In this document: positions 21,926 through 33,960 of the stretch, piece by piece | How the letters are laid out: every line of letters begins with the position of its first letter | Position numbering within the stretch: the stretch's first letter is position 1 | Assembly (NCBI RefSeq): GCF_018977255.1 | Contig: NW_024704743.1 | Coordinates: forward strand, 105,028,001 to 105,092,000 | Length of the DNA: 64,000 bases | DNA from: Callorhinchus milii | Taxonomy: Eukaryota | Reading direction: 5' to 3' | Notes under the pieces: generated by a model | Databases searched by the model: none | What the model was told of the DNA's origin: nothing | Seen by the model: only the letters and a program-made list of their open reading frames with translations | Translations under genes and position numbers: made by a program

Positions 21926-24739
21926 CCAAAGATGCAGGTAGTGAGTTCAACATTCTCACCACCTTTGGTTCAAGAGGTTCCTCCTAAACTTGCTTTTAGA
22001 CCTGCTACTAGATATCTTATATATACATCCCCGCATTTTGGACTCAACAAAAATATAAAAGCCCATTACAATCTATCTTATCCAATACTTTCATCATTTT
22101 AAGCATTTCTATCAGATCCTGTCTCAATCGTCTCAACTCCAGAGAGAAAAGCTCCAACCTGCCAATACATATACAAATGGGTGCATTTTACCTACAAGAT
22201 ACACAAGTCAATCCACTTTACAGCATATCCTGTGAAGCGCTTTGAGACGTCTTGACAAAGTAATAAGGTGCTAAGGTGCGATATCAAATGCAAAGATTTG
22301 TGGTATGTCTTAGCAAGATTCCATCATAAGGAATCCAAACTACACAAATAGAGCAAATAGAGATTTCTTCAGATAATTGGAAGTACATCACCCAAACACT
22401 GGCACTACATCGGGATCTATTCTGATGTCCTTGTTCTAATGGAATTCCTATTAAGAAATCCTGTTAAGAAATACCGCAAATTAGATCCAATATACTACTG
22501 TACAAATAATTGATTTGTACTGATACAAACTTTAAAGATCTCTGAGCCTCAAAATTCCACCTAGTCTTAGCTTATGGGATAATTTTAACATAAAAGTTGA
22601 AAATTGTGCAGAATTGTGGAGAATTCTTAAATTCGGCTTATTGTCATTCTTAAAAAGAAACAACTTCAAAATCAAGACTGAGTTTAAGAATTCTTCATAA
22701 TTCAAAATTTGGCCAAACGTTTAAGACAAAAATGGTCTTGCAGGCAAAATCTGCGAAACATTTTACGATAATGCTAAAACTATTGAACTTATGTTTCTCC
22801 AACTAAGCCGCTGTATTTTTATTAGTTTGGGACTTTTCCTGTGGGTTAGGGCACCTTTTCGCCCTATTTTGCTGGGCAAATAGTGATGCGCATTTTCAGT
22901 TATTTCACTCGCTGAAGCTGTATCATCACGTTTAGTCATAGTAGGAAGGCTCATTTGTCCCTATGTAATTTAAGTTAATTTGCATATTCACACAGGATAA
23001 TATCTGGTTGGACCAAATGGCCTGTTTCCGTGCTGTAGAGTCCATGTATATATCTAACAAGATGTGAACATGTTTCATTATAGCTGCTAAACAATAGTTA
23101 ATGTGTAAAGTTCCTGAGTAAAAGGCAAGCATTGCTCCAATTCTGATTATGTTTATACAAACACGATGACAAACACCCTTGTGCTTGAAGTTGCTGAGCA
23201 AATGTACATGAGGTACTTGGAAGCCAGGTTATACTTGGGTTCCAATATCTCAAATCAAGAGAATAAAGTTTTGCTTACAACCAGTTGAACTTTATGATTC
23301 AGTTACTATTTAAACTTCCTGCTAGTTGTTTAATATTAATTATTATATTCATATACATTCTTTTTAAAAGAAAATTGGCATTTTCCTGATTTTGCTTGGC
23401 ACCTGTAATGAATGCATTCAATGGGGTAGATACAGTGAGAGGCAGCTGAAGATAGGCGTAATAAAGATAGCATTGACGCCCGACCTGAAAGTATGTGGAC
23501 ATCACATGTACTATAGTTCTCTTACAAATGCACAGTCATTACACTTTACAGTATATCCTGCAATGTGCTTCGAGATCCTTCCAAAGTGAAATGCGCTGTA
23601 CCAAATGCACATATTATAGTGCACAGGAATATGTTACAGTCAACACCATTCATATTTTACCTAGCACTTTTCAGGTTAAAACGTGATCTTGAATAACAGT
23701 AAAAAACAAAACGAGTACCATTCCATAGCAATATTATATCACTACAAATGCAATCCATACAAACAAGGCTTTTACTTCATTACATCCGGTCAGAGAAAAA
23801 CACAAACAGTGAATGCAATTTAATTTGCAAATCGGGAATCACAACTAACACTTGCAATGTCCCATTGATAAACTCTACATTTTAAAGCCCAGTACTTCTA
23901 TTGCTATTTGAAGCTTTTTAATTTTAAACTGAATATTTGTTTATTCAATGAACAACAGAAACTTGTTCTGCCCCCTAGTTGTGTTATTACAGTTTAAACC
24001 AACCAACTTTCTTACTTTTTAGTTTTGAAGACCTAGATTATGTCTCTCTCAATCTTCATTCTTCGAAGGAGAACAAGTACAGGTTTGTGAGTCTCTCATA
24101 ATTTAAACCCTAAGTCTTAAAAAGCATCCTCATTTTTCTCTTCTGAACCCGTCCAACAACTTAAATGTACTTTTGAAGGTAGGTGAGGTAAAATTCCACC
24201 AAGATCAAGATTTACTCCATTTATATAGCACTTCAGGGGTCCAAAATCTGACAAACTGCTGAATTCAGCATTAACTTTGAAGTTTTTTTATGTAATTCTT
24301 ATAAGCATTTATAGGAAACTGCCTTCAAAATAAAGGCTGAATTCAAAAAATTATCAAATTCTGGACGCAATGCTATTAGAGTAAAACTAGAACCAGGTGG
24401 ACTTTTACCCCTCAAAATGCCTAAACCTTTACATAACGTTCTACAAGCGGACTCATCTTGGTATCCATACATCATTTTATGTATTATAGTCAAATACTCT
24501 GTAATGCAACCATTGTCCATTAACTTTGTTACCAGGAGCTCCAAACTGACTGGAAGCTTTCAACCAATGATCAATAATCACATCTGTGCCCTTGCCCACC
24601 TCTCCCATGGACTCCCCTACATATTTCAGACATCTATCCAATTTATATGAGGGCAGGTTTGGCCTTAGCATACGAACGCATATGACCTGGGCTCGCACAT
24701 GAAGGCTTTGGTGCTCAAACATTCAAAACTGTTATTTAC

Positions 24740-25015
24740 TGAAGGTGTTCAGCTCTTCCTAGAGTATGATTAACTGGCACCAGCTACCCTCCACGACCGC
24801 AGCAAAATTGTCATTCTTCATGGGTGAGCCCACATTGTATGTATTTGTATGCTAAGCCCAATCTTGTTCTCATATAATGACTACACATGTGCAGAAGAGG
24901 TGACAGGATAGTAATTGATCCTGGCTGATATTTTTCTTTCTCTCTCTAACCCAGAGGCACTGAAGCTAATTGTAGTACCCATCAACTGCCCCGGCTGAGA
25001 TCAGCTATCTCAGAA
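24740..25015 (-). mobile_element. Ancient SINE-like element
   Basis: Minus strand ctgagatagctgatctcagccggggcag...ctacaattagcttcagtgcctctgggttag...atatcagccagg...gggctcacccatgaagaatg. Confidence 0.6.
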
Positions 25016-25209
25016 CAGTTACTTTTAATTGAATAACAAATACCAATCCACTCCTGGAGTAATCTCTCTGGTTTACTTTGAAATATGTCAAGAGCAAGTG
25101 CAGAGCAAGGTAAAGGATAGTTTCCATGAGCATTGGAGTTTACCGGAGAGTAGCACCTTAATTATTTTATGGTGTTTCCAAAACAATGGACCAAGATATA
25201 TTCCTGGAA

Positions 25210-25866
25210 TACAACAACAACAAGATTACCTTTGTACAGCGCCGGACAGGACGTCCCAAGGTGCTGGACAGTGTACAGCATTTCAGACCCGAGCTGGGGT
25301 TGGGGGGGAAGGGAGAGGAAGGGGGGTGGCTGATGGCATGGTCGAAGAGGAGGGTCTTGAGGCAGGACTTGAAGGAGGCTAAGGAGGGGGCGAGGCGGAG
25401 CAACTGGGGGATGGAATTCCAGAGGATGGGGCAGAGTGGCTGAAGGCTCTCCCGCCAATGGTGGGACGGGCGGGTCAGGGGACGTGGGGCAGGCCAGAGC
25501 CGGCTGAGCGGAGGGAACAGGCGGATTGGTAGGGGATTAGGAGGTTGCAGAGGTAGGGTGGGGCGAGGCCATGGAGGGCTTTGTATGTGAGGACCAGGAT
25601 CTTGAACTGGTTCCTCTGAAGAATAGGGAGTCAGTGGAGTCGGGCGAGAGTGGGGGAGATGGCGTCACAGAGTTTGGTGCGGGAGAGGACACGGGCTGCA
25701 GAGTTCTGGATTATCTGCAGCCTGCGGAGGGAGGAGTTGGGAAGGCTGACAAGCAGGGCGTTTGCATAGTCGAGCCTGGAGGTGATGAAGGTATGGACAA
25801 GAGTTTCAGTGGCCTAAGGGGTGAGGTAGTGGTGGAGTCGGGCGATGTTACGGAGGTGAGGGAAGG
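25210..25866 (-). mobile_element. L2 LINE 3' fragment, relatively young (GC-rich)
   Basis: (caa)n tail at about 25210; LASFKSCLKTLLFDHA in track ORF 25167..25403; highly similar to 60341-60861. Confidence 0.9.
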
Positions 25867-26174
25867 CAGAATAATGGGTGCTTGATCTAGCAAATGAAGA
25901 ATTAAATTTTGTTCATTTTGTGCTACGGAAATGTTTGCACTTCACTTTGCTGAGCTGCTAAGCTCCAACTGCATTTCCTGATTTTGCTACTCCCCCACTC
26001 CCTCATGCCCCAACCCAGGAAGTTGCAGATAGAAAGACAAAATTAATGGATCAACCTTTGTAGGGTTAAATGGAACACGTTACAAAATTCTACCTTCATG
26101 CGCTGTTCATCACCATCAACCCAAACATATTTAACTTAAAGTGATTCAACTGATTTTCCCTTCTCTTTCTTCAG

Positions 26175-26570
26175 TAATAATAATAATCCTTGCATTTGGT
26201 ATAGTGCCTTTCTCGTCAGGGGGATGTTTTGGAATGCTTCATAGGATTTACTATAAAGTGTTGTGACTGTGCCTTTTGCAGGCTAACGCAGCAGCCAATT
26301 TTGTGCACCGTAATGTATCACAAAAAACTAATTTCATTTGGGGTATTGTTGGCCTTAACACCAAGAGAAACTCCATGGAATGGGATGCCATCGGATCTTT
26401 AATGGCTTTTATTTCCACTTGAACAGGCAGATGGAACCTCCAACCATGCAGCACTCCCAAGTGGTGGTTCAGCCGAGACTGTGAGTTCAAAGACCCGATG
26501 TGAAACTTGAACTCACAACCTTCTGACTCAAAGGCGAGAGTGCTATCAACTGAGTCAGGATGACACCCTA
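26175..26570 (-). mobile_element. Old long DeuSINE
   Basis: (taa)n tail at 26175, gcagccaattttgtgcac core, ccttctgactcaaaggcgagagtgctatcaactgag head. Confidence 0.8.
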
Positions 26571-27139
26571 ATGGATCAAACATGGGAAAATGTTAGTTCC
26601 CATCCATCCCCCCCACCCAACCCTCACACACACACTCTACATTTTTATTATTTGGAGGAAATTCCCTTAGCATGTCGTGCTGTTGCCATTTCTCTGTAGC
26701 GTTCAGTACTGATGTGAAAGTTCTCTAGAAATCAATGCCGATGTTACTATTTATCGTGCAGCACAGCTAGAATACAATTAATAATTACAGTTAATAATTA
26801 ACCATCCCAATAAAACACATTCAATTGAGTCTGAAACAATCGCTTCTCTTAGCAAAAGTCAGACAAACTTTGGGGACTAATTTGTAATATTCCTTAGCAG
26901 CATTCCTTCATAAGGAATCTTTTTACAATTTCCGCCAAACCAGCGGAAGCTCTCCTTCAGGAACTAAGTGTCAGAGCGGAGTTCTTGCAGGTTGAGGCAA
27001 TATAGTTCTAGTAACTAAGAGTCCCATTTGCACCATTCGATTCCCTTATTAGCAAATCTCATTAAGAAATAGCAACAGCAACTTGCACTTATATAGTGCT
27101 TAACAGGTTAGAGATTGATGTCTCATCTGAAGGATGGCA

Positions 27140-27250
27140 TAATAATAATAATAATCCTTGCAATTGATATAGCACTTTTCACGTCTTATCGACGTCTCAA
27201 AGCGCTTCACAGAATAGATTGTGAAGTGAATTGACCGTATATTTGTGGGC
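27140..27250 (-). mobile_element. Young SINE 3' tail
   Basis: (aat)n ccttgcaattgatatagcacttttcacgtc...aagcgcttcacagaat. Confidence 0.8.
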
Positions 27251-27454
27251 ATCTTCAACAATGCCAAACAGCACTATATTGGAGTGTCAGTCAAACGTGA
27301 CCACAAGACCACGATTTCAGCCCCTTTTAATCACCTTCTCGAGAATGAGTCGAAACCTGGTCTATAATCTTCATGAATCAAAACTGGGGCATTTTCTGAG
27401 AATCAAGATAAAATCATATATTTCATGGATTCATTTCTTTCCTCTCTACAAGTG

Positions 27455-27760
27455 TGTCAGCCTGACTCACTTGGTAACAATCTTACCTCTGAGTCAGAAG
27501 GCTATGGGCCCCACATCTGATCTTTGAATTCACGCAATTTAGTTTGACATTCCAATACAGTGCTGGCCAACAATTCCCTAAATAAAATTGATCATCGGTT
27601 CATGGTGGTTTGTTTGTGTGACATTAATGTGTGCAAAATGCCTGCCGGGTTTGTCCACAAAATATAAAGTCATTACACTTTACAGAGAATACTGCGAAAC
27701 TTCTTGAGATGTCCACCTGATGGAAAAGTCTCTGTATCAAATGTAAGGACCTTTATTACC
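27455..27760 (+). mobile_element. Old long DeuSINE, internally deleted
   Basis: tcttacctctgagtcagaagg head, Deu core, tail. Confidence 0.7.
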
Positions 27761-28273
27761 ATTAATAAGAATAGACAATGATTCTAATCCAACTGAACCT
27801 TTTTATTTGAAATCAAGTTCAGGTAAACTCTTAATTATTACAGCTATGTCAGGTTTACAGACACAGCAGACATTCCTCAGAGTATGATGGGATTTAACCC
27901 GGTCTAAAATTAGATTCCTTAATTATGGAATTTGAAATACCCAGATGTGTGGGAGTAAGATCCCTGACACAGACTAGTTGTGCCGATAGTGCAGACTCGT
28001 TGGGCTGAACGGTCTGCTTCGGTGCCATATGTAGATCTCAAAGGCGATATCCTGAAGCCAGTTCACAAGTTTGTTTTAAGGCTTGCAGAACATACTTTCA
28101 AGTGCTAGTTAATGGGACAATGACTGTACGAAGTCTTGCTAACCAGTAGTTGAAAGTAAGTGATCTTCAAGTTCATTAAATTAATTTCAGAATTTACAAT
28201 ATGGATATTGGATACTGTCTTTGTTTGCAGGTGTACAAACTGTGTTTAATTTACAAAAACAACTAACAAGACA

Positions 28274-28598
28274 GTGTCCTGTAGCTCAGTGGATAGAGCA
28301 CTCGCCTCGCAAGTGAGAGACCTGGGTTCGATTCCCAGCAGGGCGAAACCTTGGGCGAGTTTTCTTACTCCACATGCTTGATAATAATTCCTCAAGAAAA
28401 AAAAGGATAATAAATTGGTCACTTCAATCCACGACTGTTTGTGGGACACTGCTGTGCGCAATTGGCTGCCGTGTTTCGCCCACAAATATATAGTCAATTC
28501 ACATTAGACTATTCTGTGAATTGTTTGAGACGTCTAGAAGACATGAAAAGCGCTATATCAAATGCAAGGATTATTATTATTATTATTATTATAATAAT
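28274..28598 (+). mobile_element. Full-length young tRNA-Ala-derived SINE
   Basis: A box tagctcagtgg (28282), B box ggttcgattcc (28325), Deu core, (att)n tail. Confidence 0.92.
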
Positions 28599-28949
28599 AG
28601 AACCTTTGGTCAAAGCTGCACCTTCCCTTTGGCCATTGAGCTGGAGAGCGTGATGTAAATTTAAATTTGACTGAGAGTTGACAAGGTGTGGTGGGCTCAT
28701 TTTTAAAAACTTAATTGTACTATCCAGCAGTGATGTGATGTGAAGTCAGAGAGAGCTTCTTCAACTACATTTGTGCGCAGAGTTCGCCCATCTTCATGAA
28801 AAAGCAATCAAACAACACGCTAACTGAACATGCATCGAACCACTTAACACTTGTTCCTTCACAATGCAGTAGTTTGATTTCTTTTCCATAAAGAAAAGCC
28901 GACTGATTTCAAAGAGTAAAACTGCACATGTACAAAATTCAGACAGTAG

Positions 28950-29060
28950 TAATATTTCTTGCATTTGATATTGTACTTTTCATGTCAGGAGGACATCTCA
29001 AAGTGCTTCACAGGATGTACTGTAAAGTGTAGTGATTGCATGTTTTGTGGGCGAACATTA
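28950..29060 (-). mobile_element. SINE 3' tail
   Basis: cttgcatttgatat...tttcatgtcaggaggacatctcaaagtgcttcacagg. Confidence 0.75.
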
Positions 29061-29269
29061 TTATTATTTGAGTTGAATGCCTCGGGTCCTTTCTCGGCTG
29101 CGATAACAGAGTAGAACTGGGATGGGAAGGAAACATGAAACAGTTTTGTTTTAAGTGCTGAAATCCCATTAGTGCTGCACTAGAGATCTGTGCGTAAGTG
29201 CTACCCATCCCATTGCTTCTCTGCCTGCACCTGATGGTGACACAGAATTATCAAGGCCGTTTTGGAGAA

Positions 29270-29460
29270 GACTCAGTGATTTAACACTAATTCCTAGTCA
29301 GGTCGCATAAAAAGCGGGAGCTCGAATGGCAGCTGTACTTTTCCCAGGGTTAATTACCTTTCGCTGCTCTCTCCTAATGAGTCAGCTGTTCCTGTCATTA
29401 CACAACTTCACTTTGTTCCGTCTGTGGCTCTGGCTACCGATCACAGATATTAGTGGTGAA
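29270..29460. promoter_or_regulatory. Enhancer-like non-repetitive block (candidate conserved non-coding element)
   Basis: Dense homeodomain and bHLH motifs: gcataaaa, CAGCTG (29330, 29383), ttaatta, taatga, tgtcatta. Conservation not tested. Confidence 0.35.
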
Positions 29461-31859
29461 CAAAGGCAACTACTGCTGCCCAGCAAAACCACTCGGCCCA
29501 GCGATGCGCTCGCTGAGATTCGAATTTGGATCGCTCAAAAAGCAAATATCACCACTTTTTTAGCGGCAACCCAAGGATCAAACAAACGGATCAAATCAAT
29601 CGCAGGGTCAGATGTGCAAAAGAGTTAATTGTCTTTCTCTCTCCCTTTCCTGGTGCCATCACACTCTCGCCCCCCACTCCTCCCCCTGCACACTTTACGT
29701 GTTATTCCCCAATTGCCATTGGGTTTTTTTACAGCCCAAATGAAAAGGGGGAGGGGAGATCAATGCCTTGGTGCCATAATGCCACCCTCTCAGCTGGAAG
29801 ATTTATCAAATTTTATTGTACTGCTTTGCAACTGACCCCTGCATTGCCAGAACTGGAATAACGAACTCAAATATCAAGCAAAGACAAAATAGTTCCTGGG
29901 AATCTAGTTGCAATCTCCTACATTTGAGACACTTTTAGCTTCTCACTAAATAGCAGGAATAATCATTTCTGATCGAGTGGGCGATCAGAGACTACATTTT
30001 TTTAATTCCCTCTGTAAATAGAGTAAAATAATAAGCAAAACTTAAGATGAGTGTCCATTTTAATTTTAAATATTAAATACATCAACATCCACATTTAAGC
30101 CAAACTTCCCAATAAAGTAACACAAGCATTAATATTAAGCAATTTAATTCATGTTAAAATAAAAAAAATAGAAGCAAAGCTGACCAAGTCCCAAATATTC
30201 TGTAGAAACATTTAGAAATATAAACTGTATATGTAGCACCCATAAGCACTATAAACGTAGAAGAGAGTTGTGTGATGCACAAAACAATGTGTATTTCCAA
30301 ACATAGCAAAGCAAGTCATTTCTTTTAGGAAAATGTAATCCAGGAAAAATAAACTGCTGCAGAACCGTGCAACTCTTTTCTACCTTACTGCTGGAGGACA
30401 CTGAGGGTTAGTATGGGATTTTATTTTGTATTACAATTCAGAAGAGCCTGCCAAATCACCAGATGGCTCATGATTATAATTATCTGCATAAAAAACAACG
30501 CTCTAGCGCATAAAGTGTACAAATTGTGAATCTGTACCTAATCAATAAGCGAATGCTTGAGCAGAAAAGGGGGAATGATAATATAAGACAGCTCAACTTT
30601 TTCTTGAACTGAACATCTTAAACATTAAAACTGATTTTCTGCAGTTACTTTGCCATCAGAATCTTTATGATCAATGTTCGGGTCATTGTGCTCTCTCATT
30701 TTGCGCTCAGGAGAACTACACTGTGAGAAACGTACAGAGTGTATTTCAATGTCAGAAATATTGTATTAATACAGATTTATTCCAAATGTAATGACCATCA
30801 AACCTGGTACTTTACTCCTCTCAGCCTGTACACAAAGGTGGTGCTAAGCTACTGAAGCTTTTTTTTATCAAAACCAGTAACTAGTTACCAACGTAAACTC
30901 TCAGCATGTTAAAGATCAGCAAGATTCCCATCTGCATCATCATAGTTCAATACAAAGTATTCTTCTGCTTTGGGTGTTTCTATTGTTGGTTAATAATCAC
31001 TATAGAATTTTGTTTTTAAAACAAAACTAAATTTCATTGCTCTGACCACCTCAAGTAATCTCTAAGCAACATCCTAATGTGTGGGATTAGAGCAAGAGAG
31101 AGAAACATATTCACAGCAATGCAAACAGAACCATCTGTGCAACGATCTGTCAGCACAGCACTTTGTTCATTCTCTGTTAAGAACCAGAGATGCTTTATTG
31201 ATATTAACAAGTTATGATTAAAAAAAATGCATGGAAGGAGGACGAAATATTACTTCTTGCTGATAATTACCACAGCACGTTTCAACAATTTCATTATGTG
31301 CATGATGAATGTGGGTTAAAAGATATGAAAGGAGGGGATTTCAACAGATGGAAATGCCACAGCAAAAATCTGGAAATCAAATAAATCTCAGTAGCAGAGA
31401 ATGAAATCTCAACCTAGAGGAGTTCCCTTAATGATTTGATCTTCAGTGTAAAGTTTTGGTTTTGGTGGAACTGACTATCACTAAAATTAAGCTGTTAATA
31501 GAAATAACATTACTGTTATGTTGTGCACTGATAGCAAATATGCACTGACTAGTTGTTCCCATTTGTAACACATAATACAAAGTATAAACAATAACCCTTA
31601 CTGATATGAAACATCCATGCAAGCGTAAAATAAACCAATTGAAAATAATAAATAGTAAATACTCTAGCAACAAATAAACAACAACACAGCAAATCACAAA
31701 TTGTTCTTTCTTCCAAAAGTCTAGGCACCTCAGAGTGAAGTAACTTTGCTTTCATTTGCTACACTCTTACTTTTCCTCTAAACTCTACGATCTTCTGGAA
31801 TTAAAGGGAAAACGGATTTGCTCTTCATTCTCCAGGGTACAATTGTTAGACTGACTTAC

Positions 31860-32110
31860 CGTTTCCCTTTTAGTCTTTGTTCTGTGTCTAAAACTGACAC
31901 CAGGGAACCAATGATGAAGAACAAACAGGGGTGGGCCAGGTTACTCCAATGTGTCGCGTGCGACGTATGGGGACTCTCTGTGATACTCCAATGAGCTGCT
32001 AAGCTTTTTGTAGGCTTTGTGTCATTTACTTAACGACCAATCTCATTAGCTGCCTAGTACAATGGGCTGATGCATATTCTGTGTAAATACAGTACCCAGT
32101 TGCCTTTGGG
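31860..32110 (-). promoter_or_regulatory. Candidate (alternative) promoter and first exon of the MYT1-family gene
   Basis: Consensus donor AAACG|gtaagt at 31860 with no obvious upstream acceptor. Four CCAAT at 31908, 31946, 31988 and 32037; CpG cluster gtcgcgtgcgacg near 31953-31965; lies in a repeat-poor block. Confidence 0.45.
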
Positions 32111-33748
32111 GTCGTACTTGGTTTGCTCAGAGATGAATATTTACTGTAAATCATCTAAACTACGGGGATATGTTGGAGATCTACTTAAACTGACAAAAAA
32201 ATTCCCCGAATTGCATTCCCTGAATACAGTATCTGCAGTTATAAAGAGAATGTTTTAGAGATATAAAAATTTGTATTGGTAGCTTTAAAAGTTATTTTTA
32301 AAAGACTACATTTGTGCCCTATCTGACTGGACCCATCGCTGTAGAAATTTTAATAAAAATAAAAAAAGTAATTTATTTTACAGTGGGCGATTTCAATTCC
32401 ATGGCTCTTCTGCAGCTCTGAAATAGGCTATAAATGAGGACTAACTTCAATGACATCAGCTGTTCGTAAACAACATCAAAATGACAGTGTGCAAATCCCT
32501 TTAATCAATACAGCATTGAAAAGCTTTAACAATCATTGTGTAATCCTTCCTACTTCAAAATACAAAGTCTGAAATTAAGTTTTAGACCGGTTTTTAATTA
32601 TTCCAATAAAAAAATGTTGCATGATATTTCCTGAGAATATTACAGAATACATTTCATTGCTTTTTATGACAGGCGTTTTTGTATCAAATTATAATGGAAT
32701 TGTGTTATATGCAATAAATCAACAGTGTCAGGCGTGCATAAAATAGAAATAGCTTTCCCAATACTGTGTATACAAAGTCATGAATAAACTTAGATTTGGT
32801 CATGATTCACTTTTTAACAGTAATTTACTTGTTGTATGAAACTTATATGTAGGCTTGAGTATACCTGAATCAGCCTGATAAAATTAATAAACCTTTTTAT
32901 CGGTGTAATATGTTCCTTTTATTTGTCTCCTTTGCAATACTCTGAAATGTACAATGTGGCCTCTGGCTGAGTGTATGGGAGGATATTTTGGCTGCACTAT
33001 TAATGCTCCATGCTGCAGAGTGAGCTGCCCTCTTGATTTTCCCTCTATTCTGAATGAAACACGCCTTGTGCCCCTGCCCTCACCCCCCAACCCCCCACCC
33101 TTACACACACTTAAAACTGTGGTGCACAACTCTTAGGATCAGCATGTCACCATCCTGGAAACCTGCACACATGTCAATTGGAACAAAAGTCTCCCAATGT
33201 GTCATCGGCGGTTCCTTATCATACACTCTTCCTGGTTTATTTTACAAGCAGGCTTTCAGCAACTATAGTATGTCAATTTGCCACAGCTGCACAAAGGTTC
33301 CACATTACCTTTTTGACACTGTATTTATGCGGGACTAAGTCCCCGCAAATTTATAGATATCACGGATACTGAATTTCCCCATTTTCTTCCTAAAAGAAAC
33401 AGAGATTAATAGGAATGGTTTGTAGCATTAATAACATTGGATCAAGCCCCCAGCGTGAAATAAAAGCTGGGCAGAAGTAAGACAATCTGCAGTAATGTGG
33501 TGGTCTGACAGCTCATTGCGTTCAATGCTTGACTCAAGTCTCACACGCTGCCTATTGCTGAAACCTCCAAGTCATATATTGCTGTGCAGAAACCTAACTT
33601 GCACTTAGGAGAGAAACCTCAAAGCATTTCAGTAGGATAATGGGAATCACCAAACGGGATGAAAATGAAGCAGTGTTTTGGGGTTGCTGACCAAAGACAA
33701 TCAAAGAGAAAGAGTTTTTGTGGGCAAGGCTGGAGGAAGACTTCTTAC

Positions 33749-33960
33749 CTCTCTCCTCCCACCACCATCAATTCTTAGCTTCCCCCCCCCACCACTCCCA
33801 TCTAAATTCCACCTTCTTCTGATCGATCACAAAATGGGCCCGACAGCAGTTGTGAAATAATCTGTGCTCCAGCCACCAGCTCCTCCCACCCTCCCAGCTG
33901 GAGAGATCTGGTGTCATGGACCCTGTGATGAGAGAAACACTAGGGAAGATGAGCAAAGGA
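33749..33960 (-). promoter_or_regulatory. Second candidate first exon / promoter-like G-rich segment
   Basis: Donor GAG|gtaaga at 33749, G-tracts on the minus strand, CAGCTG at 33895. Confidence 0.25.

Noticed and set aside
28274-28345. tRNA-Ala-like sequence (also at 9350-9420 and 57148-57220)
   Set aside because: Continues directly into SINE body and tail, and the acceptor stem is not intact. These are SINE heads, not tRNA genes.
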